The notes under the pieces are model-generated. The model saw nothing but the letters and a program-made list of their open reading frames with translations, had not been told where the DNA came from and made no database searches. A program made the position numbers and the translations under genes. From positions 96,001-160,000 of the forward strand of contig JBMNIW010000004.1 in NCBI GenBank assembly GCA_050951325.1: DNA of 64,000 nucleotides. The letters run 5' to 3'. This DNA comes from Clostridia bacterium (GTDB taxonomy: Bacteria; Bacillota; Clostridia; UBA1212; DUPL01). Of the stretch, positions 19,208 to 27,950 are shown piece after piece (the stretch's first letter is position 1; each line of letters opens with the position of its first letter).

Positions 19208-20192
19208 TAATGACCTCCTGTAGTTTAACCAACATAAGTTCGCAAGACAGCTTGAAGTTGACATTTCTTCCTATGCGTTTCCACGTAGCATCAACAACTT
19301 CAATGCACTCCTTGGCTTTATGGTAGCCTAGTTTGCGTGCAAGGCCGTAAAGCTCCTTATCGTAACCTGCATTTTGTATTTTCACATTCCGTGAATATCT
19401 GGACATAATCATTATGTCCCTGTATATAGACATAAAGGTATAAAATACAAAATCCCTCTTATCCTGATATCCCTCAATAACCTTCATCGCTTGCTTTCTT
19501 TCAGCGACACCGCCGCTTGTAACCTTAACAACACTATTTATGATATCCTTTCTTAACACTTCCACATCAGAATCAATAAGCGATAGAGCACGTCCGGGAA
19601 TTCCGTCCGCATAAGAATATATCATGTCGTTAGATTCCACACCGTTTCTCTTAAATATTTCTCCTATCTCTTCGTCAGTATTCCTGGAAAAATCCATTCT
19701 GCTCAATCTTGATTTAACCGTCTCCAACAAAAGGGACACATTCTGGCAAACAAGCACAAGCACTACATATTCCGGCGGTTCCTCCAATGTTTTTAAAAGA
19801 GCATTCTGCGCCTGTACAGTCATTTTCTCCGCATTATTTATCACATAAAAACTCCTCCTCCCATAAAGAGGAGCTCTTGTCATCGATTCCTGTATTTCTC
19901 GTATCGCATCTATTCCAATAGCATTTTTGCCCTCAGGCTCGGATATAATTTTGTAGTCCGGATTCGTATCGCTTCCATGCAATTTACAGCTGGTGCAAAC
20001 ACCGCATACTTCGCCTCTATTTGTTGTTTCTCCCATGCACATAACCAGCTGGGCAAACCTTTTTGCGATGCTTTTACGACCAATCCCTTCAGGACCAACA
20101 AACAGATAGGCATGTCCTATCCTGCCCGACTCTGCAATATCGAGCAAGGTCCTTTTCACTTTATCCTGCCCTGCTATATCTTCAAAAACCAT
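19200..20192 (-). CDS. holB: DNA polymerase III delta-prime subunit
   Basis: HAYLFVGPEGIGR, zinc-binding Cys cluster, QAQNALLKTLEEPP, TVKSR. Confidence 0.92.
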   Translation of the reverse strand: MVFEDIAGQDKVKRTLLDIAESGRIGHAYLFVGPEGIGRKSIAKRFAQLVMCMGETTNRGEVCGVCTSCKLHGSDTNPDYKIISEPEGKNAIGIDAIREIQESMTRAPLYGRRSFYVINNAEKMTVQAQNALLKTLEEPPEYVVLVLVCQNVSLLLETVKSRLSRMDFSRNTDEEIGEIFKRNGVESNDMIYSYADGIPGRALSLIDSDVEVLRKDIINSVVKVTSGGVAERKQAMKVIEGYQDKRDFVFYTFMSIYRDIMIMSRYSRNVKIQNAGYDKELYGLARKLGYHKAKECIEVVDATWKRIGRNVNFKLSCELMLVKLQEVIND

Positions 20193-20217
20193 GATATATC
20201 TTTAAATAATGCCTCCA

Positions 20218-20553
20218 TTAATACTTCTGAAATCTTTCAACATCAAGTACAAATACTGTCGCTCCGCCTACAGTTACTTCTACCGGGTATGACATGTATA
20301 CCCCTCCTCCAATGGCGGAACTATTGGTGACTGAAGAATCTATAATCTGTTTTCGACTTCTTGATTTTGACTCAATTATCTGCAGCACCTGATCCACGCG
20401 GGACTCGTCAACACCAACCAGCAGTGTGGTATTTCCTGACTTCAAGAATCCACCTGATGAACACATTTTGGTTACCATAAAACCATTTTTATTTAGTTCA
20501 TCCATTACTCTTGGTGCATCGTCATCGTGCACAATCGCCAATACCAGTTTCAT
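20218..20553 (-). CDS. darA: Cyclic-di-AMP receptor, PII-like (DarA/PstA/YaaQ)
   Basis: MKLVLAIV, SSGGFLKSGNTT, VGGATVFV. Confidence 0.92.
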   Translation of the reverse strand: MKLVLAIVHDDDAPRVMDELNKNGFMVTKMCSSGGFLKSGNTTLLVGVDESRVDQVLQIIESKSRSRKQIIDSSVTNSSAIGGGVYMSYPVEVTVGGATVFVLDVERFQKY

Positions 20554-20582
20554 AAGCTTGCCCTCCTAACATTGGATTAGCT

Positions 20583-21983
20583 CTATTTTATCACATTTAT
20601 CCTTTCAATACAATAACTCCGACATATATCGGCATGGGCATCGTTTATTCTGTCATATGGGAAAATTACCGGTATTCCGGGAGGATATGGTATAACAAAC
20701 TGACTGCTTATCCTGCCGACGGCTTCCTTAACATCAACAGTCTCATACTCAAGATTCATGTATGTTTCAAAGTTGGGAAGATTTATCTCCCTAATCTCGC
20801 CCTTGTACACCCTTATACTCTTCTCTTCAACCTCTACCTTTGACAGTTCGTCATAGACTGACACAAGAGTATCAAAAAGCCTTTCAATAACATCTTTATC
20901 ATCTGCGCATGTCAATATGAAAACAACGCAGTTGTCATTGTACATCTCGCAATATACTCCCCTGTCAGCCAGCATTCTTGCAAAATGGACGCCCTTCCCT
21001 TTTACACATACAACAAGCCTTGTAATGTCCTTTTCAAAGCCACAGCCGTCAAATATTATGTAATCCTCATACTTCTCAAGACGTGAAACAAAGTCATTGA
21101 GGCTGTCTGCAAGCTCATCAAGTCTCTCTCTGCCCATATTTTTCATATACTCTCTTGTGAAATCCAGCGTGGCCAGTATTAAAAAGCTCGGGCTTGTCGT
21201 TTCTATAACCTTTAACGCCCTGAAAACCTTATCCTTGTACTTGTTGTCTGCAATATGCAAGAACGCACCCTGATTCAATGACTGCAACGTTTTATGGGCA
21301 CTCTGCACACACATGTCGCACCCCTGGCTCAGTGCACTTTCAGGAATTTTCTTGTTAAAACCAAAATGACCACCGTGGGCTTCATCCACAAGAACCACGC
21401 CTTTATTCTCATGTATGATTTCTGATATGGCTGCCAGGTCTGCACAGACTCCGTAATAGTTGGGTCTTGTCATAACAATCCCCTTTGAATCAGGAAACAT
21501 TTCATACGCTTTTCTTACATCCTCCGGTGTAATTGCCAGTGGAATCAATGTATCCTCATCCACTTTAACAGGCACAACAACCACATTGCAGCCAGTTACC
21601 ATTAAAGCATTGAATACGGACATATGACAGTCAGAAGATACAAAAACCGTATCCCCCCTTCTGAAGGATGAATAAATCATCGCATGAACACCGCAGGTGG
21701 AACCATTCACCAAAAAGAAGGAAGATGCAGCACCATAGGTTGACGCTGTAAGTTCCATCGCCTTTAATATTGCACCTTTGGGGTCATGCAGACTGTCAAC
21801 TCCTAATGTTTCAGTTACATCATGTTTTGCAACTTCCGCAAGATTTCTTAAAAAGGACGAGTATTCCTCTGTCAGGAAAGGATGGGAATAAGAAAAAAGC
21901 ATGCCCGCTTTATGACCGGGCATGTGCATTGATATTTTCTCCTTTTTCGCATGTTGAACAAGCATGTCAACTATTGGCATCAT
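20583..21983 (-). CDS. Arg/Lys/Orn decarboxylase-like PLP enzyme (YaaO-like)
   Basis: HMPGHK, LVNGST, VDEAHG, QSAHKT and PYPPGIP motifs. Confidence 0.9.
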   Translation of the reverse strand: MMPIVDMLVQHAKKEKISMHMPGHKAGMLFSYSHPFLTEEYSSFLRNLAEVAKHDVTETLGVDSLHDPKGAILKAMELTASTYGAASSFFLVNGSTCGVHAMIYSSFRRGDTVFVSSDCHMSVFNALMVTGCNVVVVPVKVDEDTLIPLAITPEDVRKAYEMFPDSKGIVMTRPNYYGVCADLAAISEIIHENKGVVLVDEAHGGHFGFNKKIPESALSQGCDMCVQSAHKTLQSLNQGAFLHIADNKYKDKVFRALKVIETTSPSFLILATLDFTREYMKNMGRERLDELADSLNDFVSRLEKYEDYIIFDGCGFEKDITRLVVCVKGKGVHFARMLADRGVYCEMYNDNCVVFILTCADDKDVIERLFDTLVSVYDELSKVEVEEKSIRVYKGEIREINLPNFETYMNLEYETVDVKEAVGRISSQFVIPYPPGIPVIFPYDRINDAHADICRSYCIERINVIK

Positions 21984-23140
21984 ATTCTTGCTACACCTGT
22001 ATCTCTTGCAGCCTGTGCTACAGCTTCCGCAACAACCCTTGCCACATCCTTGTTGAAAGGATCGGGTATTACATAATCGGGATTAAGCTCGTTTTCGTGA
22101 ATCAGATCCGCCAAAGCCTTTGCTGCTGCAATTTTCATTTCATCATTTATATCGCTGGCCCTTACATCAAGCGCACCTCTGAAAATGCCCGGGAATGCAA
22201 GGACATTGTTAATCTGATTAGGAAAATCGCTTCTGCCGGTGCCAACCACACGGGCTCCTGCATTCTTTGCATCATCAGGCAAAATCTCAGGAATGGGATT
22301 TGCAAGAGCAAATATCACAGGTTCCTCTGCCATGGACTGAACCATCTCAGGAGTAACCATGTTCGGACCCGACACACCTATAAATACATCTGCGCCCTTG
22401 ATTACTTCTGCAAGAGTTCCTTTTTTCATTTGAGTGTTGGTAATGTCAGCCATCATGACCTTTTCACTGTTCAAATCTTCCCTGCCTTTGTAGATGGCGC
22501 CCTTTCTGTCACACAGGACAACATTTTTAAGCCCCATGGACATGAGAAGCTTTGTAATGGCTATACCGGCAGCTCCACTGCCATTCACAACCACTTCGAC
22601 ATCCTCCAGCTTCTTGTTGACGATTTTAAGGCCATTCAACATGGCAGCAAGAACAACAACAGCCGTTCCATGCTGGTCGTCATGGAATATGGGGATATCG
22701 CATACTTCCTTCAACCTTCTCTCTATTTCAAAACATCTTGGTGCTGAAATGTCTTCCAGATTCACGCCGCCAAAACTGCCGGACAAAAGACTGATAGTCT
22801 TGACTATCTCATCCACATCTTTTGAGCGAATACAAAGAGGAATTGCATCCACATCTCCAAATTCCTTGAAAAGAACGCATTTTCCTTCCATAACTGGCAT
22901 TCCTGCTTCAGGACCAATGTCGCCAAGGCCGAGTACGGCAGTACCGTCCGTTACAACACATACAGTGTTCCATCTTCTTGTGTAAATATAGGATTTGTCA
23001 ACATCCTTGCTTATTTCCTTGCAGGGCTCTGCAACTCCTGGTGTATAGGCCACAGCAAGCTCGTCTCTGTTACTTACCTGCGCCCTTACCTTTACCTCTA
23101 TTTTACCTTGCCATTCTTCATGCTTTTTTAGTGCGTCCAT
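21980..23140 (-). CDS. NAD(P)-dependent malic enzyme
   Basis: AYTPGVAEPC, DGTAVLGLGDIG, FHDDQHGTA, GSGAAG, NQINNVLAFPG. Confidence 0.96.
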   Translation of the reverse strand: MDALKKHEEWQGKIEVKVRAQVSNRDELAVAYTPGVAEPCKEISKDVDKSYIYTRRWNTVCVVTDGTAVLGLGDIGPEAGMPVMEGKCVLFKEFGDVDAIPLCIRSKDVDEIVKTISLLSGSFGGVNLEDISAPRCFEIERRLKEVCDIPIFHDDQHGTAVVVLAAMLNGLKIVNKKLEDVEVVVNGSGAAGIAITKLLMSMGLKNVVLCDRKGAIYKGREDLNSEKVMMADITNTQMKKGTLAEVIKGADVFIGVSGPNMVTPEMVQSMAEEPVIFALANPIPEILPDDAKNAGARVVGTGRSDFPNQINNVLAFPGIFRGALDVRASDINDEMKIAAAKALADLIHENELNPDYVIPDPFNKDVARVVAEAVAQAARDTGVARI

Positions 23141-23156
23141 AAATACCCTCCATAAA

Positions 23157-23447
23157 TTATAGTCCTAGCTTTAAAGCCATTATTTCTTTAATTTCCAAAT
23201 CTATTTCCTTTTCTATTCTTGCTATATCTTTTGCAATATCTTCTATGGTTTCCTCAACCTTGATTTTTTTGAAATCTTTCGTGTGGGTCCGGGTTTGCTT
23301 GCCGGACTTTGCGTAGTTTTCATTTCTCCTTGCTCCAGAGACATTCTTCCTATTTTCGTTTATGCCCTGCTCGGTATCCTTATCCATTCTTCTTCTATGA
23401 TTGGGAGCTCTTCGATTGTTCTTACCCCTGTTAATATTCTCCGACAT
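23157..23447 (-). CDS. Hypothetical protein, basic disordered N-terminus and C-terminal coiled coil
   Basis: 96-aa ORF with GGAGG RBS; overlaps the upstream gene. Confidence 0.7.
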   Translation of the reverse strand: MSENINRGKNNRRAPNHRRRMDKDTEQGINENRKNVSGARRNENYAKSGKQTRTHTKDFKKIKVEETIEDIAKDIARIEKEIDLEIKEIMALKLGL

Positions 23448-24039
23448 CCAACTGCCTCCATTTCCTTATGGTAATAATCTCATTGTCATCATTGTTGATA
23501 TATACATTAAATCTATTACACTCTTCTTTAATGTATTTTCCCTCTTCCACCAGCACGTCATAATATCTTTCAAGTGCCAAATCATCAAAAAACGAAAACT
23601 CTTCCCTTACTTTATACAACACCCTGTTCAAATACAAATTTTCAGAACAATCGTACAAAATGGGTTCGTCCCGCCTCCTGTCAAAATCCTCAATCTGATG
23701 TGGTAGCAAGGTGCATTGTATCAGGCATTCGGGTTTTCTGTAAGTACCGAGCCTGTACTCACGGATGGGAACAAGACTTGATTCATAAAGAGACATATTC
23801 TCCTCATCATACAGCGCTCCTTCCGCTATGTAGGAAGCATCATCAGGCGCTTTTATTTTCACGGCCTTGTAGGTATCATCATAAAACTTTGTGCTGTCGG
23901 CAGGATGCAGATACGTGAGAAGAAATCTTTTTTTGAATTCATTTACCGTTATCTCCCTCTCGAAATACTGGTTCAGTTTTATGCCGCAATCCATTACTTC
24001 CTCAGCGCTGTCAATTTTTGTAAAATAAAACACCTTCAA
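23431..24039 (-). CDS. Hypothetical protein
   Basis: 202-aa ORF with GGGAGGAG RBS. Confidence 0.75.
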   Translation of the reverse strand: MKVFYFTKIDSAEEVMDCGIKLNQYFEREITVNEFKKRFLLTYLHPADSTKFYDDTYKAVKIKAPDDASYIAEGALYDEENMSLYESSLVPIREYRLGTYRKPECLIQCTLLPHQIEDFDRRRDEPILYDCSENLYLNRVLYKVREEFSFFDDLALERYYDVLVEEGKYIKEECNRFNVYINNDDNEIITIRKWRQLDVGEY

Positions 24040-24110
24040 TGTATGACTCCTCCCATGCCGATCTCAATTAGAGATTATAGCAAAAACAAGGAGTTATTGC
24101 AAATAAAACG

Positions 24111-24602
24111 TCAAATATTAATGCTGAAACCCGATACACTTAAAAAACTTTCTTGTTCAGATACCAGAAATACGTAAATGCCATCACCCAGCTCATTAAA
24201 AAAAGAATCCTCCACCCCATTATATGCAATTTCTATCCTCGCTGCCTTATCGATCAGCATATTCAAGACCCGGTTTACACAAACTGACCTTTCATCATCT
24301 TCAACATAAACAGTTTCTGATTCGCTTTCCGTCATGCCTGCAACAACGTCCTCGTAAACAAATATCATAACCTTGACATTTTGAGATGTAGGAAGAGCCT
24401 TCACACTTTCAAAGCATTTATCTCTGTCAAGCACCAGATTTCCGTCATCAAAGGAAATACAGTTAACAATCTCTCTGCCTAATAGATTCAAATTCCTTTT
24501 TTCGTCCCGCTTTAAAAATCCTTCATTAATAGTATTAATGCCCGTTAATGCAATCATCAAAAACATCCAGATTGCAACAACCCATGCAACCAGCTGATGC
24601 AT
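24111..24602 (-). CDS. Pilin/TadE-like small membrane-anchored protein 5
   Basis: Single N-terminal hydrophobic helix (MHQLVAWVVAIWMFLMIAL); last gene of the Tad-like operon. Confidence 0.55.
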   Translation of the reverse strand: MHQLVAWVVAIWMFLMIALTGINTINEGFLKRDEKRNLNLLGREIVNCISFDDGNLVLDRDKCFESVKALPTSQNVKVMIFVYEDVVAGMTESESETVYVEDDERSVCVNRVLNMLIDKAARIEIAYNGVEDSFFNELGDGIYVFLVSEQESFLSVSGFSINI

Positions 24603-24610
24603 ATTACCAC

Positions 24611-25021
24611 CTACGCAATTATCGAAACCTTAACACCTGCAGGTCTTAAGACCACTCCGGTAACCTTTTCGAAAATGGAAGGCTCCAGGCTGTACGCCAC
24701 AATCGTAAGCCTGTCGCCTGGATCAAGCTTTCTATTCAATATGTCTTCAATTTTGTAATATGTATCTGTCTGACCGGCCATAACACAGACCTCCAGCTTC
24801 ATTTCAACACAAAAGTCTCCCATTTTTGACAGGTCTTCGTTCAGATACGCCCAAACCTCGTCCGACAACATTCCTTTTGTGCTGACAGTTTCAGCCACAT
24901 CAAACAAAAGATCGTTGGTTCTTTCATTGACACCCGCATATATGCAAAATGATACGCCCGACAATATCAAATACACAAATACGAATATCGAAAGAAAGTT
25001 AGCAATAACCTTGCCGGCCAT
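24611..25021 (-). CDS. Pilin/TadE-like small membrane-anchored protein 4
   Basis: MAGKVIANFLSIFVFVYLIL N-terminal helix. Confidence 0.55.
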   Translation of the reverse strand: MAGKVIANFLSIFVFVYLILSGVSFCIYAGVNERTNDLLFDVAETVSTKGMLSDEVWAYLNEDLSKMGDFCVEMKLEVCVMAGQTDTYYKIEDILNRKLDPGDRLTIVAYSLEPSIFEKVTGVVLRPAGVKVSIIA

Positions 25022-25046
25022 CCAGACACCTCCCTAAAAAAATCGC

Positions 25047-25409
25047 CTACGCAGTTGCCTGTGATTCAATCACAAACAGTATTTCCTTCAACGAACCGTC
25101 TTCCTTGTAGGTTTTGGTCATCCTGTACAGAGCGGTATCACTGACCTTATCAATGTCATCCATTGTCGCTTCCTGCTGGCTATCATCAAGATACACCTTT
25201 ATGCCAAGCAATGCGGCATTCTTGATATAATATTTTACAGTATTCTTTGACACCAGCGAGCTGTCATTAATCATCATGTTTAGCCTTGTCTGATCCGCAC
25301 TCACAATGTCGGATGTGTCCCTAAAACCACTCATCTGTCCAATAACTGCATAACTTATCAAACCCAAAGTTAGAACAATAATAACTATGGAAGCAATTAC
25401 CTTCTCCAT
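25047..25409 (-). CDS. Pilin-like small membrane-anchored protein 3
   Basis: Start at MEKVIASIVIIVLTLGLISYAVIGQ after RBS AAAGGGG; paralog of 25423..25833. Confidence 0.6.
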   Translation of the reverse strand: MEKVIASIVIIVLTLGLISYAVIGQMSGFRDTSDIVSADQTRLNMMINDSSLVSKNTVKYYIKNAALLGIKVYLDDSQQEATMDDIDKVSDTALYRMTKTYKEDGSLKEILFVIESQATA

Positions 25410-25422
25410 CAATATTCCCCTT

Positions 25423-25833
25423 TCAATTTGATTGATCAATCATGGTTACCTGGACACGAATCACTTTTCCATCATGTCCGGTTTGCTTGTTCAACTTGAA
25501 CATTGCTCTTGAAGACAGCGACTCCATGTCTTTTGCTATCACTTGCTTGAATTCATTGTTTATCACCGAGTCTGTGTTCGGTACTACAAAACACTTGATA
25601 TTATTTGATTCATACACAAATTCATATTCAAGCTTGTCCATATTATCAAAATATCTTTGAACTTCCTCTTTACCGATTATGCTCCCATCTTTTACTCTTA
25701 AATTTAGTGCAGATGCGTCACTGCCTATGTGGTCTGAAATGTCCTTGTACTGACTGTTGACCTGGAACAAGCCATATCCAATCAGGCCAACAGTAACAAC
25801 CAGTAAAACACATAAAGCAATTACCTTTTCCAA
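25423..25833 (-). CDS. Pilin-like small membrane-anchored protein 2
   Basis: MEKVIALCVLLVVTVGLIGYGLFQ, TTG start after GGGGGG RBS. Confidence 0.6.
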   Translation of the reverse strand: MEKVIALCVLLVVTVGLIGYGLFQVNSQYKDISDHIGSDASALNLRVKDGSIIGKEEVQRYFDNMDKLEYEFVYESNNIKCFVVPNTDSVINNEFKQVIAKDMESLSSRAMFKLNKQTGHDGKVIRVQVTMIDQSN

Positions 25834-25862
25834 TTAGTACATCCCCCCGTATGTTTTTATCA

Positions 25863-25936
25863 GGTTTGGGATATACTTGCCAAGGACAAAGCTTCCCCCC
25901 AACAACTTCGCCTTCAGGCAAGCATCTCCAACAACC
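25863..25936 (-). other. Long intergenic stem-loop inside the Tad-like operon
   Basis: GGTTGTTGGAGATGCTTGCC...GGCAAGTATATCCCAAACC imperfect ~74-nt hairpin without a U-tract. Confidence 0.55.
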
Positions 25937-25939
25937 TTT

Positions 25940-26335
25940 TCATTTCATGGATGTAAACTCAATTTCGACAATGCCGGCACTTTCATCAGAGCGCATTATC
26001 CTTACTTCAAACACACCCTGCGGGTCTATTGGATAAGTATCAGGATCGTATGCCTCCCCCTCATAAACACAAGATCCGTTTATCATATCCCAAACCCTTA
26101 TAACCGCACCTCCTTTTAATTCATAATACCGGATTGCCGCTATTACATCCGTGCCCAGACATTTTGAGCCATCCCGTAGATTGGGCAGCATCACCTCCTT
26201 TATCTTTTCACTGTAATCGGCCTTTTCAGCCATGGTATTCAGAAGGGCGCTGTTCTGCTGGTATAAAGGTATGATAAATATTAATAAAGACAAAACCAGC
26301 GCACCTATTACCACCTCTGCCACAACCTTGTCCAT
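25940..26335 (-). CDS. Pilin-like small membrane-anchored protein 1
   Basis: Start at MDKVVAEVVIGALVLSLLIFIIPL. Confidence 0.6.
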   Translation of the reverse strand: MDKVVAEVVIGALVLSLLIFIIPLYQQNSALLNTMAEKADYSEKIKEVMLPNLRDGSKCLGTDVIAAIRYYELKGGAVIRVWDMINGSCVYEGEAYDPDTYPIDPQGVFEVRIMRSDESAGIVEIEFTSMK

Positions 26336-26339
26336 AACA

Positions 26340-26987
26340 TCACCATCCAAAACCGCTAATTTCCAGCATCTCTATCCAAGGTGCCAGCAAATATAATACA
26401 AGCACCGTTAAGGCAACAAACAATCCCAACACTCCAACTATATTGATTATCTCAACTTTCTTCTTTACTTTCCTTATGCTCTCCCTTTTCTCCCTAGCAA
26501 AATCATCCTTTATAGTTTTTACTGACAAATCAAAATCATAGTTGCATGCCATGTCAAGTTTTTCATAAAAAAGCTTGACTTCCAAATCCTTTGCACTGGC
26601 CTTAAGTTCCTGGTAGAATATTTCAGTGTCAGTACTGCTTTTCTGGTGAGCTTCATATATCGCCACAAGATCCTTTTTAAAATGCTCCGACCTTGCTATC
26701 AGTGATTTCATGAGTTTTCCAAAGTCTACTGGTTTTACACTGCCGCATATAACAAACAGCTTTTTTAGAAAGTACAGCTCTTTTGCAAGTTTCGTCTTTA
26801 GATATACCTTTTTTAAAGACCTGTAGACCTCGGGCAAAAAGTAGCCAACACAGCTTGCAATAATGATTCTGTATATGTAAAGTAACTTGTTAATACCATT
26901 ATCCACCATCAAATCTGTAAAAAACATGGACAAGCCAAATATGAGACATACTCCCATACAAACAACATTCGCCTTTATACTTCTCAT
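26340..26987 (-). CDS. TadC-like inner-membrane platform protein
   Basis: Two N-terminal TM helices, a cytoplasmic helical domain and a C-terminal TM; follows the TadB-like gene. Confidence 0.6.
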   Translation of the reverse strand: MRSIKANVVCMGVCLIFGLSMFFTDLMVDNGINKLLYIYRIIIASCVGYFLPEVYRSLKKVYLKTKLAKELYFLKKLFVICGSVKPVDFGKLMKSLIARSEHFKKDLVAIYEAHQKSSTDTEIFYQELKASAKDLEVKLFYEKLDMACNYDFDLSVKTIKDDFAREKRESIRKVKKKVEIINIVGVLGLFVALTVLVLYLLAPWIEMLEISGFGW

Positions 26988-26990
26988 TCT

Positions 26991-27950
26991 CTACGACCTC
27001 TCTATAACAAATATGAGAAAAGCAAACCCAACAAGAATCGCATAGTACACAAGTCCAAGCATTATGCCTCCCCTGCCTGAATAAAACTGAATCGACTCCG
27101 CTCCTAATACCTTTTCATTAAAAATCCTCGCTGCAGGCACTGCAAAGGCAAAGGCAAGTCCCATTCCAATATACCCAAGAGCTGCAGCACTCAAGTCTTT
27201 ACTGTTTTCTATGTCATCTATGATGTCTTCAAGCATGTCGTTGAACTGTCCCTTAACAACCTCGTCCCCGCCGTTGTAATATGCATGCCAGATAAGCTCC
27301 AGTAGAAGAGACATATGTATGTTGGAATACTTTCCATCAATAGCGCTGAAGGTGTCCTTTATCCTATCCATATCATTCTGCTTCAGTGCATCGTATATCC
27401 TAATCATATCGCCCCTGATGCTCTTGTGGAAATCCTCGATGCTGACACCTATACACTTCACAATATTATTTAGGCTTGCATATCTTGCACTCAAAATCCT
27501 CAAGGTTTCAGGCATATGGCTTAAAAACCTTTTGTTGGCATACGACGCAAGGAATATAAGGCCGAGACAGACAATGGATGCAAATAGAAGAAGGTAAAAC
27601 ATTGCAATATACCATAGAGGAAAGAACACCACTGTCAAAACGCCTGCAAGTATCAGAAAAACCAAGACAAACAGAATCAAAAACAACGTAGCATATCTCA
27701 TGTTCACTGCATAGGATTTGGCATTGAATATGGAGAGTTTTAGAGACAGATCTTTCATCAGCCTTGCCAGGAATCTCGATCTGGCAAGAAAAGTACACAT
27801 ACTGTCAACTCTCTTTTCAAACAGGAGTTTTGAATCAACATTTCCATATTTTACTCTGTCTTTGAACTTGACTGCATGATATACACCATATGAAATTACC
27901 ATCACTCCACTTGTGGTGCATATGAATACCAAAGGCAAATACTCAACCAT
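26991..27950 (-). CDS. TadB-like inner-membrane platform protein
   Basis: TM helices plus a T2SSF-like segment (RFLSHMPETLRILS); directly after the ATPase. Confidence 0.65.
   Translation of the reverse strand: MVEYLPLVFICTTSGVMVISYGVYHAVKFKDRVKYGNVDSKLLFEKRVDSMCTFLARSRFLARLMKDLSLKLSIFNAKSYAVNMRYATLFLILFVLVFLILAGVLTVVFFPLWYIAMFYLLLFASIVCLGLIFLASYANKRFLSHMPETLRILSARYASLNNIVKCIGVSIEDFHKSIRGDMIRIYDALKQNDMDRIKDTFSAIDGKYSNIHMSLLLELIWHAYYNGGDEVVKGQFNDMLEDIIDDIENSKDLSAAALGYIGMGLAFAFAVPAARIFNEKVLGAESIQFYSGRGGIMLGLVYYAILVGFAFLIFVIERS

Noticed and set aside
21770-22747. 325-aa plus-strand ORF
   Set aside because: Antisense shadow of malic enzyme and yaaO; no motifs of its own.
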